Origin: Nemertoderma westbladi
Taxonomy: Eukaryota; Animalia; Xenacoelomorpha
Reading direction: 5' to 3'
NCBI GenBank assembly: GCA_032718475.1
Contig: JAUCBJ010009082.1
Span: forward strand, 36,815-100,814
DNA length: 64,000 nt
Part shown: one piece after another, positions 51,301 through 61,412 of the stretch
Numbering within the stretch: the first letter of the stretch is position 1
Layout: every line of letters starts with the position of its first letter
The notes under the pieces: model-generated
What the model saw: only the letters and a program-made list of their open reading frames with translations
What the model was told of the DNA's origin: nothing
Databases searched by the model: none
Translations under genes and position numbers: made by a program

Positions 51301-52899
51301 TCATGCAGTATTTATGACAAATTACTAAATTCGTCTGCCTCTTGGCTGACAATTTGTAAAAGAACTGCGTGGTTAAGCCGATACATTTCGTACCTTAGTA
51401 TAAAACATTCGGAACATTTGAGAGAACGAACGAGCGCTAATATTGAGCGAATTCAGAAATTGAAACAACCTCTGACAGAGGATGAGATTGATCAAGCGGA
51501 ATTAAAGCATTTGAAGCACTATCAAATGTGTGCCTTCCCAAAAGAATTCCATCTATTATCGGCTCAACGACCAGTTCTCTATAAACCCCTTAGAAAATGG
51601 AGTCCATTAATCCATAAGGGTTTAATGTGTCATAGATCGAGAATCCAGACTGTCGACATAAACTCACAGTTTCGGTTCCCAGTGATAATCCCTAGTCACC
51701 CAATAGAATTGCAAAGAGCGATTCTATGGGATATACACAAGAGGTTGCATCACGCGGGAAAGTTACACTGTTTGTCGGCAGCGAGACAGCGATTCATTCT
51801 ATTGCAGCCAAGCAGGGCAGTCGGCACCATGTATGACGCCTGTCTGGTTTGCAAGAGAGTGAACGCCAGAGTATTGGAACAGGAGATGGCTGAACTCCCG
51901 GAAGCGAGAGTACAGGCATATGACCCACCCTTTACGAACACAGGGGTGGATTGTTTTGGTCCGATTGAGGCAAAGAGTGGACGGCTGACCCACAAGCGAT
52001 GGGGTCTGCTACTGACATGCATGGCTAGTAGAGCCATACATATCGAGCGTGTGGCAGATATGTCGACCAAATCTCTGCTCCTGGCCTTGAAGAGATTTAT
52101 GGCCAGGAGAGGACTAGTAAAGGCGTTCTACTCCGATAAGGGTACAAACTTTGTCGGAGGGAATAGCGAGTTGAACGCGGCTCATAAAGCGGCACAGAAT
52201 AAGGAAATTTCTGCAGCACTTTTGCCGCAAAGAGTAGAGTGGAGATTTAATACTCCAGAAAGTCCTTGGAGAGGAGGAAGTTGGGAGCGTTTAGTTCGCT
52301 CTGTAAAGCAGGCCATTGCTAAGACGTTGCCTGTGAACAAACAACTTACCGACGACGAACTGGTCACAGCTTTCATTGAAATCGAGCATACACTAAACTC
52401 GAGGCCGATAGCTATGTTGCCAGACGGTGTTGCATTAACGCCGAATCATTTGCTAATGCAGAGTCCAGCATTTCTTGTGCCGGCATCAGAACCCATTAGT
52501 GCCGACCTATATAGTCGTAAGAGCTGGAAAGTGACACAATTTGTAGCATACACATTCTGGGAATATTGGCGGGAATATTATCTTCCCACCATATCCACCA
52601 GATCAAAGTGGTACAAAACGGTTCGGAGTCTCCAAAGGGGAGATTACGTATTGATAACCGAACCGATTGTCAAGAGAAAGTATTGGGAGACTGGTGTCAT
52701 CTTGCACACACACCCAGACGTGCAAAACATAGTGCGCACAGTCACTGTGAAAATTAGGTGCAAGTGTCCGCACCCAAAAAAGTGTAAAACTAATGGTTTA
52801 CACACCTTGGACCGACCGGTCCAAGATATCGTGTTATTAGAGGAGACACGTATCGAGACGGGAGATTATAATTTGTCTCCTGCCTCAAAACAGAATTAG
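48391..52899 (+). CDS. pol: BEL/Pao pol (rest of protease, RT, RNase H, integrase); separated from gag by a frameshift at ~48350-48390
   Basis: YYLPHH, KVRVVNDC, DIEAMFHQV, FYMDD, HLFSDAS, WTDA, NPADITSRG, H..HHAG..C..C, GVDCFGP, SDKGTNF, WERLVRSVK, LTPNHLL. Confidence 0.93.
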   Translation: MKSMHGVGDLKGHRISVELDSLLPRDQHTRQERKALPLDGFKCLARKGFGRQLGKVPPMSPIAQEYFDKLRIPRHQVGYRNVSMLIGAEQLIAHQIWETRPAELHVNGPHAHAHRTILGWYTRVPMSYEFTGGDKPIDRYDELQPITQPPLVEPPDIDEFRRTCIDHYSDFSESDEELIPDNVRLSEPLHNDRTDSEPEDYCYQTRGSGSAAHATYLSNVLTYTDIVEGQVAKYRDLDIFQYSEEELQKELIRQDLETGARTVEWLDRDAMEPGGYDLAMSTDEKRLLEMMEDTIRLLPTGHFEVGMLWRRQPPKLENNYNLALKRLNGVRARLLKNPGIREKYCAQINNYFAKGFAGKVEDPDLVTDQTYYLPHHYVTHPDKPDKVRVVNDCAAVYRGMSLNSELMDGPNLNNYLIGILLRFRQRRFAFTCDIEAMFHQVRACKADQDSLHFLWYENEDLSGPVVTYQMYVRIFGARDSPNGTLFVLKKTATAQIGKYPVEVIESILRNFYMDDGLVSKDTAEQAIEVAHGLQECLATGGFPLTKFTTNSEALLESFPVKDRGSGDIELGVEPIPMARVLGLAWNPNTDKFQVRVRFEPSSPDKVLTKRICLSTLSRLFDPMNFISPVILQARACMRKIWLSDVEWDEPISPIHAKQWREWEAELHLLKNIDVPRSYFPNQLVFPADLELHLFSDASDTGFGMVAYLRREVSQDKFETAFVTSRSKTMPVKYMTVPRAELQAAVVSVEVSKQITEELDTTLTLFYWTDASLVLVYIAADNIALKTFVANRRAQIVDFSTKEQWRHCPGVLNPADITSRGAMPAEFCQEESQEFWLHGPDFLTRTQEHWPERLKIVTNPMPEDAEVKVEKVSKSKSKAKLKSLERPEESLERPEESLERPGDLSDQQTYVTTRSRRVSYDIKPPLQTKPESQFVSDGQKMTDKMDSLVSKPAGLDSKLPSISGQPSLALESCSIYDKLLNSSASWLTICKRTAWLSRYISYLSIKHSEHLRERTSANIERIQKLKQPLTEDEIDQAELKHLKHYQMCAFPKEFHLLSAQRPVLYKPLRKWSPLIHKGLMCHRSRIQTVDINSQFRFPVIIPSHPIELQRAILWDIHKRLHHAGKLHCLSAARQRFILLQPSRAVGTMYDACLVCKRVNARVLEQEMAELPEARVQAYDPPFTNTGVDCFGPIEAKSGRLTHKRWGLLLTCMASRAIHIERVADMSTKSLLLALKRFMARRGLVKAFYSDKGTNFVGGNSELNAAHKAAQNKEISAALLPQRVEWRFNTPESPWRGGSWERLVRSVKQAIAKTLPVNKQLTDDELVTAFIEIEHTLNSRPIAMLPDGVALTPNHLLMQSPAFLVPASEPISADLYSRKSWKVTQFVAYTFWEYWREYYLPTISTRSKWYKTVRSLQRGDYVLITEPIVKRKYWETGVILHTHPDVQNIVRTVTVKIRCKCPHPKKCKTNGLHTLDRPVQDIVLLEETRIETGDYNLSPASKQN

Positions 52900-53674
52900 T
52901 GTTGGACGCAACTCACTTCGTATGCATTCCTCGTATGCAAATACAAGGAAATGCATAGGAGCGGGGTTGTGGTGAATTGCGTTGAGTTTTGTCTAGTGGG
53001 TATCAAAACAAAATTTTATTTTCAAAAATTTTGGAAAATTTAAAAATTTTAAAAAATTAGAAGTGAACCCATGACAATTCCAGACGCTGTGTATAGACGC
53101 GTTTTAGAATTCGTCTATAGATAAACAGTAATTTGAAAAGTCGTGAAGCCTGGAAAATAGCATTTAGAAACCATGGTGACGGCTATATTACGTAGGAGTG
53201 TAAATTGAGTTTAGCAACTTCCACAGATTGGTGCCAACAGTGCAACTAGGGTGCTAAAGGTTAGTAGCACCAGAGGCGTACATGGACCCCACTCAGTAGT
53301 TTGCAGTGATGTGTGATGTTCGATTATCAAACCTGTGGGTTTGGTATAGTCGAGTATTGTGGCTATAGTCCTTTCTAACTACTGTAGTTTAGTACGAGTA
53401 ATGGGAGTAGTTTGGGCATCAAAAAGTCAGTTGGTCACGGCCAGTTTATCTCCAAAGTTTTTGCGCTATGCATGGGAATAGGTTAGAGGATAGTTAGTTA
53501 GGAAGAGACGGGATCTAGAGAGTCGAACCTGAACTGCTGGAAAGCGGGGGGGGGGGGGGGGGGGGGGGGTTCGGGAGGTCTGTCCTTCGGCGACATCTAA
53601 CTGATTACCCACAGTGTAATTGGTTTGCGTAACGGAACACTTATTGGGATATATATGTATATACGCGGGGCATA

Positions 53675-54391
53675 ATGGAGAAGGATATTAGAGCGCAACC
53701 GCGCAGAGGATTTACTGCCCGAGAGGAGGCGGAGTTACCATTCGCGCGACCGGGATGTAAAGATTCGAACGTTTACTACCATGGGCGGTCGGTGATGGAG
53801 CTAAATGGGAAATACAAACCCACGATTCCCGACCGACTAGACGAGCAACATCCAGAACCGATATTAACGCGATGTCAAGCTCACCAGTTCCTGAGATATA
53901 ACGAGGGAGGTTACCCGATGAGCGACCCGATGATCAGTATCGACTTCAGCGGAAAGCGACCTCCGAGACCCATTACGCCGACCGTTACGACTTTAGATCC
54001 GTATACGGAGATTAAACCCTGTTCGACACCCAGTTTGATAGACACGGCGGCGGACATTTCGCTATACCAAGCCTATAAAGACCTAGAGGCGCGGCGCGAA
54101 GCGGCACGGGACTCGAGTTCCTGGACCACGTTCACTTCGCTTCACCAGGAGAGGAAGGTCACGCCTGAGTATCCAGACGAGATTCGCGCCGTCCATCCGT
54201 CTACTAACTATACCCACGATCCGCGTTTATACGATATTTACTCCAAATTATTTCGGGAAGTTTCGACGCACGCACTATTAAGCCCGAATATGTCCAATCC
54301 TTTATATATCATCGTCGCTCTGATATATACGTCTAGAATTATCACCCAGCGCACAATTGGCGGCCTAAGGAGACTCGTTTGGGGTCATTGA
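53675..54391 (+). CDS. Accessory ORF (238 aa) between pol and the 3' LTR, unknown function
   Basis: ATG-initiated, GC-richer coding-like segment inside the element. Coding-like sequence continues with stops to ~54755. Confidence 0.5.
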   Translation: MEKDIRAQPRRGFTAREEAELPFARPGCKDSNVYYHGRSVMELNGKYKPTIPDRLDEQHPEPILTRCQAHQFLRYNEGGYPMSDPMISIDFSGKRPPRPITPTVTTLDPYTEIKPCSTPSLIDTAADISLYQAYKDLEARREAARDSSSWTTFTSLHQERKVTPEYPDEIRAVHPSTNYTHDPRLYDIYSKLFREVSTHALLSPNMSNPLYIIVALIYTSRIITQRTIGGLRRLVWGH

Positions 54392-55575
54392 CCTCTGAAC
54401 GAGTGGAGGATCAGGACCGCCGCGCCCACAGAGACAACAGCCGGAGCTCACAGCTCGCGGCAAGTACCAGAAGGAGGAGTCCTTGGCAAGCGTCAAGCCA
54501 AGGACGAGCAGCTCCATTCTATAGTTGAAGAAAGAGGAGTTGGCGGAGGCGCCCACAGGGACACGGCAAATGGGACGAGGCCGAGGGAGGAGCACCAGTC
54601 GGGAGATAGTCGGTGCCCAGGGAACGTCGTCGCCGGTTCCGGGAAGTGACGCCTCAAGGACGCCGTCAACAGAGTCTACAGGGGGTAGACTGGTGTATCT
54701 GGGGAGGGGACAAACGAGAGGAGCGAGCCCGAGAGACCCAGGAGCTAGCCGATGAGACTATATTATCACGGAGCGACAAACTCTAGACATATACATCATC
54801 GTCGCTCTGATGTATATCGTAGGTTTTGATCAATCATTCGACTGGACTCATATACACTAGTCGTATCCATATTTTATAGTTTTATTTTCGAAGGCCGAAA
54901 AATATTGAAAGGAAATACTTTTACTTTGTAGTCCGTTGGAAATATGATTTTGAGCCTATACTATATTTGATTTTGTGTATATGACTTTATTTGCTCTAAA
55001 GTTTATTGAAAGAGGCAAAGGAAGTGATTGGGGAGACAAACCCGCGGGTTTGGCTTACTCCTTTCACTTACCTGAGCAATCATCAAACCAAGATGATTTG
55101 CGTTTTTTATAAGAAATTAAGTAAAGTCCGAAAATAAAAGAAATTATTACGTATTTTATATTTAGTTTGATTATCGGCCTTTAATGCAATTTAGTTAAAA
55201 ATTTAGCCTCAAATACGTTTATATTTAGTTTATCTTGTTAATGTTGATCGTTAATTTGAGATGGGAAATGGGGGACATTGTCCTAGCCATGTTCCATTTC
55301 AATAAGTAAATTGTTAATTTGTAAATAAATCGAAGGAAGTAATATTTTGTAAATTTAATTTGTATGTAATAATCGTTAACATTGAGAGAGATAATATTTG
55401 TAAATTTAATTTGTATGCAATTCATTATGCAATATCTATAGCAATATTTTGTAAATAGTAGGATTTATAGTATCAAGTATTTAGATTAGTTGGAAGAAAT
55501 TTATTTTATTTGTATACATCACCTTATACTCTTCTACAATTGGAGGGAAACATTATATGATTTCCCTTGGAGCGG

Positions 55576-57788
55576 TGTTACGGTATATGGCGCTGTATCC
55601 ACATTATTAGCCATTATACAGTATAATATATTGGTCCATTATGCAGTATAATATATTAGTCCGTTATACTGTACGCAATATTAGTCCGTTGTGCAGCATA
55701 ATATTTTAGATAAGGTATAATAGCAAGGTGATATTTAGATAGGGAAATCAAAACGCCCATATATTTTGAATTCATCCATTTTGTATAGTATGTAGCCCTA
55801 CCTACGTAATTTTGTATTAGGATATAGGTAGATAGTTCCAGGGTAGCAAGTTCAGTTGGACCCTGGATATGTGCTTGCTGTTATTAGCTTCAATAGGGCT
55901 AGCATACAGGGACGCTATCCTGACCATTCCGCAGCCAGGGACATGATCCATTACCATATATGGTAATAATTTGAGGGTTTGGGGAGCAATAGGGCTACAA
56001 TCCGGCCTTCTTATTGGACTAACTGCTTCCAGGTTGGTCTAATGCTAGCGCGGACTGGAGAGCCAATAGGAGAGCGATTGAGTCACCCTATTGCATCACC
56101 CCACTCGGATCACCTATAAATTGGCGGTTTGCCGGTAGAGCTGTACCTTATTCTCCTTCTCATTGTCCTTGCTCTCGACGGATATTTTGTACCATTAAGT
56201 TAGGAGTATAATTTAGCGTATTTCTGCAATTTGCTATTTTTTGATTAATTTCTTGAGATGATTTGCTAGTGCTATTATTCTCGATTGCGTTTCTCAATTA
56301 ATCCTATCGATTACTGCTAATTACAACCGGAACTATGATTTCTACCCTTTTAGTAAATGGTTCTATGTGATTCATTTCTGCGCAATAATCCTAAGGGATT
56401 TTCTGAGACCGTCAGACTTTGTGATTTTGCATGCGCCGCTACGGTAGCTATTAAATTAAATGAAGGGCTAAGGTGCCGGTAGGCGGTGGGCGCATCGGGG
56501 GGTTGGGCGACTAAGGGAGAGCGGAGGATTCAAAGGCGGGCAACGCTGGCGGGGGTCAACGTTATGGTCGGGCAATTTGGACTGTAGGTTGGAGAGCACT
56601 CGCTGGTACAGTAATTAGGGGGCTGATGATCCAAGGTTTTGTCTCTATTTAGTATTAGGGGGCAGGAATTGGGTTAGTTAGGAAGCCTAGATGTACCCGG
56701 GAGGGGCCTGCATCCCTCACAGTGAGTGGGTAAGTAAGTAAGAAGTTGCGAATTATATAATTGCAGATTGTATAATTGCAAGTCGTGCTATTGTGATCTG
56801 TGATTGCTGACGCTGATTGGTGTGTTATTGAAGTGTGCCTATGATTACGAATGCTTAGGTAGGCGCCCCTTTCTCTTTGATTGATTTCTATTTCTTAGTT
56901 ACAACAAATAATTACTGATTAGGTCAAAGTAATACGGCAATTTAGGCTATTACTAGCGAAACCTGTTGCGTAATAAATTAGAATTACGCATTCTGGAACT
57001 CTTAGTAATTAGTACGCTGTTACATATTTGTGACTGTAATTGATTAGTAAAATTAAGAATTAGTACGCAGCATAGCGGAGAGTAGCTAAGGTAATAATTA
57101 GAGTACTGTAAACTATTCACGCTGAGCGGTTATTTGCATTAGCGGGCAACAAGCTAGATCGCAGTAGTCAGTACGCAAGACACTAGTGAATTGCTGGCCT
57201 AAAGCCAACTGCAGGCAAGTTTAGACCCAGAGCGGTATCACCTACGAAAGACATTGTACTGTACCAATTTTGATTATTTAAATATTCTCGCATTCACACA
57301 TTCCGTTAGGGAACCCCCAGTATTCGCGATTAGAAAAGACGTAAGCATTAGTGTATTTCAATAGTGGTAAAATTAGGCGTAAGAATACTCTGAGTGCAAA
57401 GCCCCTCGCACTCGTCTTAAGTAAGCTTAGGGAGCCGACTCGGGTTTATTGTTTTGGTTATTCCCGCGTGGCTCATAGATTCGAACAGTTAGCTCTCTAT
57501 CGAGCGATCGGTAGAGAAAGGAACAAGCGATTTTGCAGGAGCTGTGTAAATTTAGTAAAATATATTAGCGGACGGCAGATTAGCGCCATCCAACGGTAAG
57601 TAGCGGTTTTGTATTTAGCAACCTTTACAATTTAGTAATAGCACGCTCCTGATCCCCTTTACTTAACAGTAGAGCAGTCTTTGTGTCTTATTGGTTAGGC
57701 GAGAGCTCATTAGGTTGGCAGAGAGGTATACGGGTATTTGTCTGTTCAACAGTTCTGCTGTTAGTATAGGTGTCGCGGTTGTTTATCA
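55576..57788 (+). repeat. 3' LTR (2213 bp)
   Basis: TGTTACGGTATATGG...GTTGTTTATCA, preceded by a short purine tract GGAGCGG and followed by the TSD CCTGG. Confidence 0.95.
56063..56120 (+). promoter_or_regulatory. Putative LTR promoter: CCAAT box and TATA box
   Basis: CCAAT at 56063-56067 and TATAAA at 56115-56120, in the segment found only in the 3' LTR. Confidence 0.5.
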
Positions 57789-57793
57789 CCTGG

Positions 57794-59793
57794 AGTGGCA
57801 ACAAGGTTCAGAAGTGCCGAAATTACCTTAATAAGGCGCAGAAAGAGTCCCGACTCAAACAGACTACAGCGGCCAAGAATGCAGTTAAGGCTGCATCTAG
57901 GTCCCTGAACAGGCAGTACTCTGTTAATCTACAGGAGCTAATAAACCAACAGGTTGATGCCATCAATCATGCTGACGACAGCAGGCAATCACCCCAGGCA
58001 TGGAAATCGATCAACTTGCTTACTGGGCGGAAAAGTCAACCAACCACCAAGGTTAAGGCTGAATCACCAGCCGATCGCCTCAATGGTTGGAAGGCCCACT
58101 TTGAAAAGCTCCTCAATAATGACAGGGTATTGCCTGATAACTTTATAGAAGTAAAAGTGTCTGAGTCTGTACTCCCAGATATTCCCATTGGCGATATCTC
58201 CTTTGCAGAAGTGAAGGCTGCTGCAAAGAGCATTAATACCAATCGTGCCAGTGGAGTAGATGGTGTTCCCCCTGAGGTCTTTAAAATACCTGAGTGTTTA
58301 AAGCTCATCTATCCCATCATAGTAGACATGTACCGAACAACAAGAGTCCCACAAGAAATGAAAACAAATAAGTTGGTGCCAGTTCCCAAGGAGGGCAACC
58401 TAACACTCTATGGTTCTTTTCGGGGAATCTCATTGATCTCGATTGTTGCAAAGCTATACAATAGAATTCTATTAAATCGCATCAGGGATCCCATTGAGAG
58501 ACTGCTCCGTGGAAATCAGAATGGGTTCCGTAAAGGTCGTGGGACCATGGAGCCCATTTTGGCACTTAGAAGGACAATTGAAGAGTTATCAAAAAAGAAA
58601 GACAAGCTGTTATCTTTGTTGACTTCTTCAAGGCCTTTGATTCATTCTCTCGCTCACGTATGTTCAGCATACTTTCATTATATGGGATTCCTGATGAAAT
58701 TATTGCAGCAATCAGATCAGTATACGATGGTTCGACAACATTTGTGTCTACTGTTGATGGTGAAACAGAACCATTTGAAGTGTTGTGGGGCGTCCTCCAA
58801 GGAGACACACTTGCACCATTCTTGTTCATAATTGTTGTTGACTATGTTCTACGCATGTCCTTAGATCATCATAATGATGATGGGGTGATGATAGCTCCAC
58901 CTACTGGCTCCAGAAGTCGAGGAAATCCTGCCAAGTACCTAACTGATCTAGACTTTGCTGATGACTTTGGAGTACTCTCAGAATCACTAGAGGGATCCCA
59001 ACGGCTCCTCAGCTCATTAGAACAGGCTGCTTCTAGTGTTGGTCTTTTTATTAACTCCAGAAAGACCAAAATTTTGACAGTTAACTTTGAAAGTCCTCAG
59101 CAAGTCTCTGATCGGATGAGCATAAGCTCAAAGGATGGTATGCTTGAGCATGTGGACGACTTCTGTTACCTGGGATCATGGATCCGGAAGTCAGGTGAGG
59201 ACCTTCGAATATGTAAGGGAAAGGCATGGGCAGCCTTGAATAGGCTTTCCAGGATTTGGAAGTCACCGAGAATTAATCGGAAACTTAAGGTCCGATTATT
59301 TAGAGCAGCAGTAGTTACAGTACTCCTCTATGGGAGTCCAAGTCCATGCTGGGCTCTAACTGCTGACGACACCAAATCTATGGATGGCACATTCACAAGA
59401 ATGCTACGCCGGGTTCATTGTGTCAAGTACAATGCACACATCTCCAACCAGACACTATATAACATTGGAGGTGTCTCATTGGTTCCCACAAGCTTGACAT
59501 TAGAACAAAATCGCCTCCGCTTTGCAGGACATTGCTTTCGCCTTGAGGACCAGCCAGTGCATAATCTTGTACTTTGGCACCCTCATGGAGTGAATAAGCA
59601 TGGTGGACAGCCCATGACTTTCTTGAGAAGCATCTTAAAGGACACTGGCCTTGAAGATGCGGATGATCTAGCAAATGTCATGGGTGATAGGGAGTTGTGG
59701 CGGCGCAATTTTGTCGACAAGCCGGCACAGCATTCTTAAAAATGCAGCTGCAATGCAGCATGCCTATCCTAGTAGTAGTAGTAGTAGTAGTAG
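57794..59793 (+). mobile_element. RTE-clade LINE, 3' part (RT domain, one frameshift ~58600; (AGT)n tail)
   Basis: ASGVDG, VPVPK.G, FRGISL, QNGFR, FVDFFKAFDS, GVLQGDTLAP, DFADD, GLFINSRKT, FCYLGS, RLRFAGH. Stop at 59739, (AGT)n at 59771-59793, right TSD 59794-59847. Confidence 0.9.
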
Positions 59794-59970
59794 TATATTT
59801 TAATTTTAGATGAGGTGGGTAAATTTTAGTTGAATATAATTATATGTCAATTTTTATTTGATTAAATAAATAATAAATAAATAAATAAACTCATTCAATC
59901 TAAACGGAATTAATTCAGGGCTGATTTGTGTTAGTTAGCAATGATCTTGTGGTTCGTAATTTATTGACAA

Positions 59971-61159
59971 AGTCCTATTGGTTACAGTCCCATTGGTTAC
60001 AGTCCCATTGGTTACAGTCCCATTGGTTACAGTCCCATTGGTTACAGTCCCATTGGTTGCAGTCCTATTGGTTACAGTCCCTTTGATTACAGTTCTATCG
60101 GTTACAGTCCCATTTGTTACAGTCCTATTGGTTACAGTCCCATGGGTTACAGTCCCATTGGTTACAGTCCTATTGGTTACAGTCCCATCGGTTACAGTCC
60201 CATTGGTTACAGTCCCATTGGTTGCAGTCCTATTGGTTACAGTCCCTTTGATTACAGTTCTATCGGTTACAGTCCCATTTGTTACAGTCCTATTGGTTAC
60301 AGTCCCATGGGTTACAGTCCCATTGGTTACAGTCCTATTGGTTACAGTCCTATTGGTTACAGTCCCATTGGTTACAGTTCCATTGGTTACTGTCCCTTTG
60401 GTTACAGTCCCATTGGTTACAGTCCTATTGGTTACAGTCCCATTGGTTACAGTCCCTTTGGTTACAGTCCCATTGGTTACAGTCCTATTGGTTACAGTCC
60501 CATTGGTTACAGTCCCATTTGTTACAGTCCCATTGGTTACAGTCATATTGGTTACAGTCCTATTGGTTACAGTCCCATTGGTTACAGCTACATTGGTTAC
60601 AGTCCTATTGGTTACAGTCCCATTGGTTACAGTCACATTGGTTACAGTCCCATTTGTTACAGTCCCATTGGTTACAGTCCCATTGGTTACAGTCCCATTG
60701 GTTACAGTCCCATTGGTTACAGTCCCATTTGTTACAGTCCCATTGGTTACAGTCCCATTGGTTACAGTCCCACTTGTTACCGTCCCATTGGTTACAGTCC
60801 CATTTGTTACAGTCCCATTGGTTACAGTCCCATTGGTTACAGTCCCATTTGTTACAGTCCTATTGGTTACAGTCCCATTTGTTACAGTCCCAATCAATTT
60901 GTTACAGTGCCATTTGTTACAGTCCCATCCCATTTGTTACAGTCCTATTAGTTTACAGTCCTATTGGTTACAGTCCTATTGGATACAGTCCTATTGGTTA
61001 CAGTCCTATTGGTTATAGTCCCATTGGTTACAGTCCCAGTTGTTACAGTCCTATTGGTTACAGTCCCATTTGTTACAGTCCCATTGGTTACAGTCCCATT
61101 GGTTACAGTCCATTTGGTTACAGTCCCATTTGTTACAGTCCTATTGGTTACATCCCCAT
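59971..61159. repeat. 15-bp minisatellite, ~78 copies
   Basis: CCCATTGGTTACAGT tandem with variants. Confidence 0.97.
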
Positions 61160-61171
61160 TGATTGGCCTAC

Positions 61172-61378
61172 CTGGATCGGGCGATGAATTCCGTGAATTT
61201 GATTGGCTGACGTCACGCATGGCTGGGTTGGATTCTGTTAATGGTTTACTGTGGATAGCGACGATAGAAGAAGAACCACTCGGGATGGGAGGAGGTGGGG
61301 GTGGAATACAGGGTGGAGGCGGTGGTGGAACCAAACCCATCGAGTGTGAGGCATAAAGGGTGGGATGATCCATCATTG
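61172..61378 (-). CDS. Internal coding exon (207 bp, phase 1-1), Pro-rich: (A)MMDHPTLYASHSMGLVPPPPPPCIPPPPPPIPSG...SSPDP(G)
   Basis: Acceptor TTATTATGTAG|CAATG and donor CCAG|GTAGG on the minus strand. Open frame, length divisible by 3. Confidence 0.7.
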
Positions 61379-61412
61379 CTACATAATAATAGAAATTAAG
61401 TTCATAAAACAA

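Larger units (their letters stand above)
41839..57788 (+). mobile_element. BEL/Pao LTR retrotransposon, full length, inserted into the RTE LINE
   Basis: TG...CA LTRs. 5-bp TSD CCTGG (41834-41838 / 57789-57793). Gag with three Zn knuckles, and PR-RT-RH-IN domain order. Confidence 0.95.

Noticed and set aside
54805-54830. CTGATG as a possible hammerhead ribozyme core
   Set aside because: Reads CTGATGT rather than CTGANGA, and has no correctly placed GAAA or three-stem junction.
59935-61187. ORFs of GTVTN/VTVPL/GYSPI/LQSHW repeats (antifreeze- or mucin-like)
   Set aside because: Open in most frames because of a 15-bp unit; a splice donor at 61171 places the array in an intron.
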